This document shows positions 38,093 through 46,198 of a DNA stretch of 64,000 nucleotides, one piece after another. The notes beneath the pieces were generated by a model. The model had not been told where the DNA came from, did not search any database, and saw nothing but the letters and a program-made list of their open reading frames with translations. The DNA is from a virus: positions 1-64,000 of the IMG/VR virus record IMGVR_UViG_3300032093_000049; one strand, written 5' to 3'. How positions within the stretch are numbered: the stretch's first letter is position 1; each line of letters begins with the position of its first letter. Both the position numbers and the translations under genes were made by a program.

Positions 38093-40039
38093 TCAATTTC
38101 CGCAGGTGGTATTTGTTGTTGTCATACTAATATACCCGCAATCACAAGGTTGTGGACATCCACATGTGTTTGTTGGACTACATTCATAATCTGGATTGAC
38201 CAATACTTCTAGCATAAGCATTTCATGTTTAATCAACCATTTTGTAAGTTCTTCAGGACAACAGTTGGTAATACCATATCTCTTAGACAAAGCATCCTTA
38301 TACATCCACTCTGAGAAGTTACATTCTACTTTCTCATAATAATCATTTGAACAAGTTGCTGTATTATACCCTGGGGTAACTTTTCTTTTTGGTTGAGGTG
38401 GTAATGGACATTCTCCATTTACACATTCACCAAATATATTTACAGTAATAACTGCAGTATTGACACCCCAATTTAATGCGCAAATTTTAGGTGTTGTTCC
38501 TTTACCATCAATATCTACTTTTACAACATTAGCATTAATGTCTGTATAAGTAACTGAGTCACTTGTATTAGAGTTATTAGTAAAGGTTACGCACTGCGGA
38601 GTAAATGTTAAAAAACATTCTGGACAACCTTCATACTCAGTATCAAATATTACTTCACCAGTAATAGTTGTAGGATCTGTTACCGCAACTTCCCAGCATA
38701 CATCAGGACAATATTTAATCTTAATTACCTTACCTACATAATCAGATAAGTCAGTAATTGTAACAATATCATCTTTAACACCCAAACAATCAGTAAGTAT
38801 GTAAAAAGTTGCATTACAAATTTCACAAGATTCAAATCCTACTGTTACTGTTACTGGTTGTGTAGTAGGTGGAATAATATCTATTGGCTCTACATACCAA
38901 CATCCAGGGCAATCTATATTTATATAAACAAACTCATACTGACTAAGATCAGTTGTAGTATAGATTATCTCTCCTGTAGTACATTCAGTAAGCTTGTATG
39001 ATTGTCTTTGATTACATGCTTGACAATTATAGAATACACCACTCAGAGTTGTAGCTATTGCACACTCACAAGATTCAGCACTGCTAAAAACTCTCCAGCA
39101 CACATCTGAACCAACAATAGTTATTGACTGGTTAGTATCTGCATATGTGCTAAGATTTGGATCAAGAGAGAATATATCATCTGCTATACCTGCACAATCT
39201 TCAAGTCTATAACATCCCGGACAATCAAATTCTCCATTAGATAAAACACAGTTACCAAATTCTTCTACAACCCAATTAGGTGATGGTGGTGTAATTAGTT
39301 GTGTAAAACATACTTTTTCTGTACTTATCCCTCTGATCTTACTTAGTGTAACATCAACTACTTGAGGTTCTGGTTTAGTACAATCATAGAATGATATTGT
39401 AATATCTGGACCTATTTGTGTTTTTTCTACCCACTTAAATCTTACACAAGTACATGGGTCACAATATACTGTACACTCTAGAGACTCACAATCAATTCCA
39501 GGATCTTGAGTAAAATTAGATGCTTCTACAAGACTTCCAGAAGGAGGTCCTATTATAGGTCCTTGAACTTCAGTAACAGTATAACAACCTTCAGGAATAT
39601 TTATATATCCTTCATCACCATTATAAACATTTACTCCTTCTGTAATTTCATCTACTACAGTATACACTTGTATTACTGATCCTCCACAACAGTTTTGAAT
39701 CTGATAAACATGATATACAGGATTAGGAGCAGACGTACAAGGACATTCTGCAGTAGGCTCTGAAGAACAGTTTAAATCACCAGTGTAGGTTAAGTTAGCT
39801 ACAGGTATAGTATCCCATGAAGAAACATCATACGGACTGTCTTCAGTATATTCTAATTTATAACATCTTCCTGTTATAAGACAAACTTCTTCAGTTTGTG
39901 TAACTGGAAAGCATACTGTATCAAGTGGACCTGAATAATTATATACACCATCTACTAAAGGTGACGGTTCACTTCCAGGCTTTAAATAAAGCGGATGTGG
40001 TTCATTACAACATGGTGTTAGTAAATAGTATGCTGCCAT
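38093..40039 (-). CDS. Highly Cys-rich repeat structural protein (648 aa)
   Basis: About 50 Cys by hand count; tandem ~70-aa repeats YxLxxC...DLSxY...CWxV...CxxC. Confidence 0.6.
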   Translation of the reverse strand: MAAYYLLTPCCNEPHPLYLKPGSEPSPLVDGVYNYSGPLDTVCFPVTQTEEVCLITGRCYKLEYTEDSPYDVSSWDTIPVANLTYTGDLNCSSEPTAECPCTSAPNPVYHVYQIQNCCGGSVIQVYTVVDEITEGVNVYNGDEGYINIPEGCYTVTEVQGPIIGPPSGSLVEASNFTQDPGIDCESLECTVYCDPCTCVRFKWVEKTQIGPDITISFYDCTKPEPQVVDVTLSKIRGISTEKVCFTQLITPPSPNWVVEEFGNCVLSNGEFDCPGCYRLEDCAGIADDIFSLDPNLSTYADTNQSITIVGSDVCWRVFSSAESCECAIATTLSGVFYNCQACNQRQSYKLTECTTGEIIYTTTDLSQYEFVYINIDCPGCWYVEPIDIIPPTTQPVTVTVGFESCEICNATFYILTDCLGVKDDIVTITDLSDYVGKVIKIKYCPDVCWEVAVTDPTTITGEVIFDTEYEGCPECFLTFTPQCVTFTNNSNTSDSVTYTDINANVVKVDIDGKGTTPKICALNWGVNTAVITVNIFGECVNGECPLPPQPKRKVTPGYNTATCSNDYYEKVECNFSEWMYKDALSKRYGITNCCPEELTKWLIKHEMLMLEVLVNPDYECSPTNTCGCPQPCDCGYISMTTTNTTCGN

Positions 40040-40053
40040 TTGTTTAGGTTTTC

Positions 40054-40209
40054 TTAACTCTTTCTAATTATTGTTGGCTGAGTAGTGTTGGTTTTTTTGC
40101 TTAGTTCATATTTACCAATACAGTTAGCACATACTTGTTTTCCGTCTGATGCTTTTTTCTTTTGACATCCACAAGAAAGTGTCCTTCCGCAATTTGAACA
40201 TGTTGCCAT
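40054..40209 (-). CDS. Small Cys-rich (zinc-finger-like) protein, 51 aa
   Basis: Below the ORF-track cutoff. MATCSNCGRTLSCGCQKKKASDGKQVCANCIGKYE...; fills the intergenic gap and has an AACCAACAAA leader. Confidence 0.7.
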   Translation of the reverse strand: MATCSNCGRTLSCGCQKKKASDGKQVCANCIGKYELSKKTNTTQPTIIRKS

Positions 40210-40230
40210 AATTTGTTGGTTTTTGTTGGT

Positions 40231-40773
40231 TTAACAATTAATACACTCTAATTTATTTAAAAGTTTGATTGCATAATTATAAAGTGTCATACCTTTCTGA
40301 GGTTCATGACAAAATTCTACTTTAGCTTTTGCCGCATCTAGATACATTCTTATCATCATGAGCTTATCTAGTTTCTCTTTTACTTTTGCCGGTGGATCAC
40401 ATGCAGCAAGATCAAGGTCACACATAGCCTTGTTGTATCTAGTCAAAGCCTTAGTAATTCTCAAATGATTGTACTCTACATATACTAGATCATTTGGTGA
40501 CACACTGTACTTTATAATATAAATACCGTCTGGTAATTCTGCATACACTTCACCACACTGAGTAGACTGCAACTGAAGATCACATGCAGTTAGTATCAGA
40601 TTGAATCCTGATTTTACATCAATCTGGTTAGAGTAGCCAAATCCAGGAACTGTAACATTAAGAGTCTCACAGGTGATAGGTACAATATCAGAATAAACAC
40701 TTGTATCATTTATTGAAAGTATACAAGTATTCATTACCGTAGGTACTTCTAAACTTAAGACATGATTTGCCAT
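40231..40773 (-). CDS. Structural protein, possible tail hub protein
   Basis: LPDGIYIIKYS beta domain followed by a helical C-terminus ending ECINC; position matches crAss-like hub genes. Confidence 0.5.
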   Translation of the reverse strand: MANHVLSLEVPTVMNTCILSINDTSVYSDIVPITCETLNVTVPGFGYSNQIDVKSGFNLILTACDLQLQSTQCGEVYAELPDGIYIIKYSVSPNDLVYVEYNHLRITKALTRYNKAMCDLDLAACDPPAKVKEKLDKLMMIRMYLDAAKAKVEFCHEPQKGMTLYNYAIKLLNKLECINC

Positions 40774-40785
40774 GTGTAGATTTTT

Positions 40786-40835
40786 AAAAAAAGAAAAGGA
40801 GAGGAGAGATTTAAACTCCCACTCTCCCGTTTCTT
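40786..40835 (-). terminator. Probable intrinsic terminator
   Basis: Minus strand GGGAGAGTGGGAG-TTTAAAT-CTCTCCTCTCC followed by TTTTCTTTTTTT, downstream of the 40854 gene. Confidence 0.6.
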
Positions 40836-40853
40836 AAGTTTGGTAATTAATTA

Positions 40854-42545
40854 TTAAACCAAGATTGGTTGTACTGGTAGAGGCTCAGACGGGAATCTAA
40901 TAATAGAATCACAATCTGTTACACATGTGATAGGTTCAATCTCACATACTCCACAGTTTGCCAACCATCCTCCTACGCCTTCAGTAAATGCAGGTAGAGG
41001 ATTAGTACCAAAAATTGGGTTAAGAGCAAATACTTCTAACAAGTACTGATCTGCATCAAATGTTCCAGTAGGGTTGTTGTGACGTGGCACATTGTGCTGT
41101 AGATAATATCTCCAGTAAAGAGCTCCACGGTCAACAGAAGAAATAATCTGGTTACCCTGTGTAATCTCCCTGATACGTAAATCAGTTGCTACAAAGTTCT
41201 GACGGTAAGACTCAGAAAGAATCATGTCACGGAGAACTGTTTCACCAAGTCCATTTACCTGACGGCCAAAACACTCATGAACTACACAGATACCATCAAA
41301 TGTACATGGGTCTCCGTTAAGATCCATTTCAGAAACATAAAGTCTCACAGGCTCTTTCTCATAGAAGTCAGAGATTTGGAAAGTACAATCTCCAAAACGT
41401 GTATCTACATAAGCACCGTTAAGAATCATACCTGCACAAGCTCCTTCAATATATCCTGGAGATACATAGTTATTCCAAGTGTCACCACCTACCTGAGCAA
41501 GGAATGCTGCTGAAGTTCCTGGAGCATACCAAAGTACACCTTCCTGATCTTGAATAACAATCTCTACAAATGGATTAACAATTGGAGATCTCAAGATAAG
41601 GTCTGCCCAACCAATCATAACCAAAGTAGAATCTACCGGTACTGGTGCAATTTGTGGATCATCTGGGCTATCAGGACAACATCCTGTATAGAAAGATGCA
41701 GTATAGTATGCATTGTGGTTCAAATAACGTAGTGCAGGAGATCCTTTGATATCCAAACGTAGGTTATAAGTCTCACCACAAAGGAAAGGCTTGCAACAAG
41801 ATTCACCACCTGAACCTGTAACAGGGTCTGTGTTAGCTTGAGTTACTGTAATATCAATTGTAGCATCACCAGTACCACCATCAATCGTAAGTGGTGATTC
41901 CGCAACATCATATCCTTTACCTGGAGCAATCAATGTTACACCAGTAACAGGACCAGGAGAAACTGCACATGTAACTTGTACAAGAGCACCTGTTCCAGCT
42001 ACACTGCCTGTAAGAGGAAGAATATCACCATCAGTGTAGGTTGTTCCTCCAGCATTAACAGCTACAGAATCAATACCACCACCTGCAGTCCAGTATGTAG
42101 AACCTACGTGTAGTACTTCATTCTGTGGAGCACAAGGTGCAACAGTGTAGAAGCGGGATACATAACGTGGGTTGATTACTTTAGACTTGTTAGTCTCAGT
42201 ATAACCTCCTGCAAAAGGACCAATCTTATCTCTACTGTAAATTGCAGAACCTGCAAGATACAAAGGACAACACTCTTGTTCTAGAGCTGCAAGGTCAACA
42301 GAAGCGTTAGTTCTAGGATTAAAGAATCCAATATAACCACTTGTAAGTGGAGAACCAAAGATTCCTGTTTCTACTGCTTGAGAGATGAGGTTAAGTCCGT
42401 AAGTAGGAACACCTGCTGTAAGCAAATAACCACCATCAGTATCAACAGTAACTGCGCTGCCATCCACTAGTGTAATGTCAAAGTCAGAAACTGTGACACC
42501 GGTTGCTAGGAATGACTTTTTAAATGCATGATTAAAATAAGCCAT
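40854..42545 (-). CDS. Abundant virion structural protein (candidate auxiliary capsid/decoration protein)
   Basis: Long A/C-rich leader and its own terminator, like the MCP gene. Position after the ring gene matches the auxiliary capsid gene of crAss-like phages. Cys-rich. Confidence 0.5.
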   Translation of the reverse strand: MAYFNHAFKKSFLATGVTVSDFDITLVDGSAVTVDTDGGYLLTAGVPTYGLNLISQAVETGIFGSPLTSGYIGFFNPRTNASVDLAALEQECCPLYLAGSAIYSRDKIGPFAGGYTETNKSKVINPRYVSRFYTVAPCAPQNEVLHVGSTYWTAGGGIDSVAVNAGGTTYTDGDILPLTGSVAGTGALVQVTCAVSPGPVTGVTLIAPGKGYDVAESPLTIDGGTGDATIDITVTQANTDPVTGSGGESCCKPFLCGETYNLRLDIKGSPALRYLNHNAYYTASFYTGCCPDSPDDPQIAPVPVDSTLVMIGWADLILRSPIVNPFVEIVIQDQEGVLWYAPGTSAAFLAQVGGDTWNNYVSPGYIEGACAGMILNGAYVDTRFGDCTFQISDFYEKEPVRLYVSEMDLNGDPCTFDGICVVHECFGRQVNGLGETVLRDMILSESYRQNFVATDLRIREITQGNQIISSVDRGALYWRYYLQHNVPRHNNPTGTFDADQYLLEVFALNPIFGTNPLPAFTEGVGGWLANCGVCEIEPITCVTDCDSIIRFPSEPLPVQPILV

Positions 42546-42629
42546 TGTTGTTTGTTTTTGTTAATAAATAAAAATATACAGTATAATATAATTAAAGTTT
42601 TGATAAAAACCAAATCTTTAGTAAAAATT

Positions 42630-43256
42630 TTATCCTGCTACTTCTGCCATGTCATTATCAAGAAATCTCAATGCTAATGGATCAGTACCAAAAGTTTTAA
42701 GTTTATCTAACCATGTTTGCATCTTATCATGTTCTTCTACTTGTTCTTTTAGATAAGATAGGCAAAGCTCATACAACATGTGATCTTTCATACCAAGGGC
42801 ATGGTCTGCCATCTTCTTAATTTGAGTTGATACCTCTATCTCATGTTCATAAGATAGTTGTACAATCTCAGGAAGGCTGCCTGAAAAATCTTGTTGCGGT
42901 TGGTCAAGTCTAGGGGTTAATGGTTGTACACCAAATGCTAATAGATACTTACGTGCTATATCTGCATGTGTAAGTTCTTCATCTGAATACTTTCTCCATA
43001 GTGCCGCTGCACCTTTAAAACCTTTTTCATCCAACCACATGTTCATTGCCATGTAGATTCTAGAAGAGTATTCTTCTTGTTGAATACGGTAGTTAAGATA
43101 CTCTACACATGATTCTGTGATGAGTGGATTGATAGTTTTAAAGTCTGGAGTCTCCTTAGTAGTACCTGTGCTTGGTTTATCAATTGCAGGTACACCTGTT
43201 GAAGCAGGCATCTTTACTACTTCCGGTCTCTTAAGCATTCTTGGTTTTTGTTCCAT
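42630..43256 (-). CDS. Ferritin (non-haem FtnA-like) with N-terminal extension
   Basis: LNYRIQQEEYSSRIY, GFKGAA, DEELTHA, YEHEIEVS, KEQVEEH, LRFLD: four-helix ferritin motifs with the ferroxidase ligands intact. Confidence 0.9.
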   Translation of the reverse strand: MEQKPRMLKRPEVVKMPASTGVPAIDKPSTGTTKETPDFKTINPLITESCVEYLNYRIQQEEYSSRIYMAMNMWLDEKGFKGAAALWRKYSDEELTHADIARKYLLAFGVQPLTPRLDQPQQDFSGSLPEIVQLSYEHEIEVSTQIKKMADHALGMKDHMLYELCLSYLKEQVEEHDKMQTWLDKLKTFGTDPLALRFLDNDMAEVAG

Positions 43257-43261
43257 TACTA

Positions 43262-43960
43262 TTAGTTGTTACGTTCTGCAGTTTCTGTACCTCTAGAGAA
43301 TTGATTACCTGATTCAATATCTCCTGCTAATATACTAGCTGCTTCATCTATTATTAATTCTATGATATCATCTTTAAACTCACAGAGTACTTCTTGAGTT
43401 GACTCTACATTTGTATATGGATCTACACAACCTTGAATCTGAATCTTTCTTGGTTGTCTGTAGTATATAAGTGCTGCGGTATCTATACCAAAGTCATTAT
43501 TGGTATAGATATTTACCCGATTACCTTTAAGAGTAGCAAAAGTCTCTGCCCACTCAAAACTAGGTTGTTTAGCTTTATCTCTCAAAAGTTGATTAAGGTT
43601 TCCTTCCTCTGCTAGATATACTGTCATACGTCTGTTATCACAGCAATCTTTTTTAGCAAATACATCAACTCTCTTCCACTGCAGATAATCAACAGGAATG
43701 GCACCGTCAACGTAACCATTACCATCTGATACTAATAAAGCTTCAGTAACTAGAAGAACATGGAGATCATCTTTTCTCCGGGTAGATCCCTCATCTCCTT
43801 CTTTAGTAAGATTAATACCATGAAGCTGTCTGCGGGCCCACTCAACCTGTGCCTTATTAAATGCCTCAACTACTTGCCAACATTCAATGTTATCATAGTC
43901 TTGAGAGTCTAGTTTGTTTAGACGTTGCTTAAGCTTTATGGTAATAGTACTATTAAGCAT
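43262..43960 (-). CDS. Head-tail ring / adaptor protein
   Basis: LNKLDS...FNKAQ...RRKDDL...IPVDYL...YYRQP...CEF..DIIELIIDEAA pattern typical of crAss-like ring proteins. Confidence 0.65.
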   Translation of the reverse strand: MLNSTITIKLKQRLNKLDSQDYDNIECWQVVEAFNKAQVEWARRQLHGINLTKEGDEGSTRRKDDLHVLLVTEALLVSDGNGYVDGAIPVDYLQWKRVDVFAKKDCCDNRRMTVYLAEEGNLNQLLRDKAKQPSFEWAETFATLKGNRVNIYTNNDFGIDTAALIYYRQPRKIQIQGCVDPYTNVESTQEVLCEFKDDIIELIIDEAASILAGDIESGNQFSRGTETAERNN

Positions 43961-43963
43961 GGA

Positions 43964-44344
43964 TTATTTCTTTTTCTTTTTTACTACTCCACCTTTTTTT
44001 TGTTGTGGAATTTGATTCTGCATTTCATCCATATACATGCTTCCCATTCCAGAACCAGGTCCTGACACATTCACTGGTTTATTTCTAACAGTAGAAGGAA
44101 TAAATATTGGATTTCCTAAACTATCAGTTGTATACTGTGGATACATTGCGTTTAGTTGCTGTAGTTGTTTTATTCTTTCCTTTGCTGGATCATAGTAATT
44201 TACATCATTAACATTTCCTTGACCTAATTGAGCTTTAGGTAAAGACTTCTTAAATGCTTTCATAGCACCACCAGCTTTCATATAAGCTTTAGCTTTATTA
44301 TCATTGAAAGTCTTAAACGGATTTGATGTAGTTTTCTTTTTCAT
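43964..44344 (-). CDS. Small Lys-rich protein with GG motifs
   Basis: MKAGG, LPKAQLG, QKKGG, poly-Lys tail. Confidence 0.65.
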   Translation of the reverse strand: MKKKTTSNPFKTFNDNKAKAYMKAGGAMKAFKKSLPKAQLGQGNVNDVNYYDPAKERIKQLQQLNAMYPQYTTDSLGNPIFIPSTVRNKPVNVSGPGSGMGSMYMDEMQNQIPQQKKGGVVKKKKK

Positions 44345-44346
44345 GA

Positions 44347-44514
44347 TTATTTCTTTTTACGGGCAGCAGCCATTTTCTTAAAAGTCTTAGCAAGAGCTTT
44401 TGCTCTACCAGTACAGCCAGGTTTAGTAATAGGTGTACACTTACCTTCAGTGCCTCTACGTTTAATAGAGGCAGTAGCTTTCTGTATCCACTTCTTATCT
44501 TTTTTCTGAGCCAT
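44347..44514 (-). CDS. Small basic protein, 55 aa
   Basis: Below the ORF-track cutoff. MAQKKDKKWIQKATASIKRRGTEGKCTPITKPGCTGRAKALAKTFKKMAAARKKK; TAATG overlap upstream and 2-nt gap downstream. Confidence 0.75.
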   Translation of the reverse strand: MAQKKDKKWIQKATASIKRRGTEGKCTPITKPGCTGRAKALAKTFKKMAAARKKK

Positions 44515-44777
44515 TACTTTTTCTTTTTAGAGGTAGACTTCTTTTTAATAATACCTCTTCCCATTAGGATATCTTTCTTAGTTACTTTACCGTCTCCAGA
44601 AATATCAGGAAAAGATTTTGCTGAACCACCTTTCTTAAGAATTCTACCATCAGTTCTTGGGTTGTTACCATAACCAGGCATACCTACAATAGTTTTTGTA
44701 GCACCACCTGCTTTTTTTCTAGGGAGTGCTGTTGGTGTTTTTTTTACACCTCCTCCACATGCCATACATCTTGCCAT
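44514..44777 (-). CDS. Small basic protein with CxxC, GG motifs and a DxxxDG (EF-hand/dockerin-like) loop
   Basis: CMAC, KKAGG, LKKGG, FPDISGDGKVTKKDIL. Confidence 0.65.
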   Translation of the reverse strand: MARCMACGGGVKKTPTALPRKKAGGATKTIVGMPGYGNNPRTDGRILKKGGSAKSFPDISGDGKVTKKDILMGRGIIKKKSTSKKKK

Positions 44778-44795
44778 GACTTATATATAATTAAA

Positions 44796-45155
44796 TTAAC
44801 AATTCCACTTTCTTAAAGACTTATTAATCCTTGAGTTAGGATCATTAGCTGTCTTAGAGCTTGTTAGTTTTTTCTTCATACCTGACATTCTTTTACAAAA
44901 TGACTTGCGTCTCTTTGCTGCTTTGCTGTCAGGATCTAGTTTAGAAGGTTTAGTAGTTACAGCTGTCTTAAGTTTACTACCTGGATTTTCTCTTCTATAA
45001 GATGCTACTCCTTTAGCATTAAGACCACCAGACTCAGATTTACCCTCCTTACGCGTCCATGCAGGTGTAGAGCCACCTTTCTTCATCTTAGGTGTTTTAC
45101 CAGCTTTCTTCATTGAGATAGCTATTGCTGCTTGTTGTGCTCTACTCTTTGCCAT
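44796..45155 (-). CDS. Small basic phage protein (DUF6321-like)
   Basis: AWTRKEGKSESGGLNAKG...RRKSFCKRMSGMK...SRINKSLRKWNC, a family I recall from aquatic phages; preceded by MKKGG. Confidence 0.65.
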   Translation of the reverse strand: MAKSRAQQAAIAISMKKAGKTPKMKKGGSTPAWTRKEGKSESGGLNAKGVASYRRENPGSKLKTAVTTKPSKLDPDSKAAKRRKSFCKRMSGMKKKLTSSKTANDPNSRINKSLRKWNC

Positions 45156-45157
45156 GG

Positions 45158-45397
45158 TTACTTCATTTTGCCATTAGCCAAGTTGCTAAACATCTTAGCT
45201 TGTTCCATTGCCATCTTCTTTACATCAGACATGAGTTTTGCATCCTTCTGGATCTCAGCAGCTCTCTTTAATGTTGACATAGCAGATTCAACTTCCCACT
45301 TTCTCATATCAGCTTTGTTACCACCCATAATAGAAATACCTAATGAAGAAGATTTCTTAGCTGGAGTTTTCTTTACTGTTGTTTTTTTTATTGCCAT
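45158..45397 (-). CDS. Small basic hypothetical protein
   Basis: Lys-rich N-terminus; tightly packed with its neighbours. Confidence 0.6.
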   Translation of the reverse strand: MAIKKTTVKKTPAKKSSSLGISIMGGNKADMRKWEVESAMSTLKRAAEIQKDAKLMSDVKKMAMEQAKMFSNLANGKMK

Positions 45398-45400
45398 AAC

Positions 45401-45739
45401 TTATGCTTTACTCACTCTTCTACCCATACCTACTCTAGATTTCTCTGCTTTCTTAGCAGCTAGTTTAGAAGGTGTTAGTTCATATTTAGTTTTTGGTGTT
45501 TTACTTGAAACCTTTTTTGTGGGACGGCAGTATTCATTTTTACCACCGGCCCCACAAGGTTTTCCAGATTTAGTGTCTTGCCACTTTTCTTTTTGCCATC
45601 TTTTAAGCTCAGTACCTTCTTTGGTCTTTCTTACTTGACCTTTACCTTTACGGCACTTAGCAATAGCTTGAGAAGCCCTTGCTGAAGGGAACACCGCATA
45701 CCGGGCTTTTACACTATGATAACAAGAATCTTTTGGCAT
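45401..45739 (-). CDS. Small basic phage protein (DUF5872-like)
   Basis: KDSCYHSVKARYAVFPSARASQAIAKCRK...LKRWQKEKW...CG...YCRPTKKVSSKTP. Confidence 0.65.
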   Translation of the reverse strand: MPKDSCYHSVKARYAVFPSARASQAIAKCRKGKGQVRKTKEGTELKRWQKEKWQDTKSGKPCGAGGKNEYCRPTKKVSSKTPKTKYELTPSKLAAKKAEKSRVGMGRRVSKA

Positions 45740-46188
45740 TACTTCTTTTTCTTCATTGTCATACCATACTTGGCTTTAGGTACAGCAGTCTTAGGGGCAG
45801 TTGATATACCACCAGTGCGACCAGTAGCTTTAAGAAGAGCACTTACTTTTTTGTTAGAGTTAGTCATACCTCCTGTTTTGTATGTAGCTCCACCCTTCAT
45901 TTTATTTTGCCCAGGCTTAAATGGAGTAAAGTCATCTTCTTTTGCAGCTTTAGGATTCTTAGCATAAAATTCATTAGCCTTTATTTGATCTTTAGTAAGT
46001 CCTGGAGTAACAATTCTTTCTCTCTTCATTCCTGAAGATACGGGATCATCATATTTAATTTTAGTTACAGTACGACCTGTTTTTGTATTTGTTTTAGTTT
46101 TAATAACATTACCTTCTGGGTCAACTACTTTATTTTTGACTACCTTACCATTCTTAGCTTTACTAAGAGTTTTTTTCATATGTTTCAT
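45739..46188 (-). CDS. Lys-rich protein with GG motifs (start revised from 46254)
   Basis: ATG at 46188 (or 46179) avoids overlap with the upstream gene. KAKNG, MKGG, YKTGG and PKAKYG motifs; poly-Lys tail. Confidence 0.6.
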   Translation of the reverse strand: MKHMKKTLSKAKNGKVVKNKVVDPEGNVIKTKTNTKTGRTVTKIKYDDPVSSGMKRERIVTPGLTKDQIKANEFYAKNPKAAKEDDFTPFKPGQNKMKGGATYKTGGMTNSNKKVSALLKATGRTGGISTAPKTAVPKAKYGMTMKKKK

Positions 46189-46198
46189 TTTACATAAA

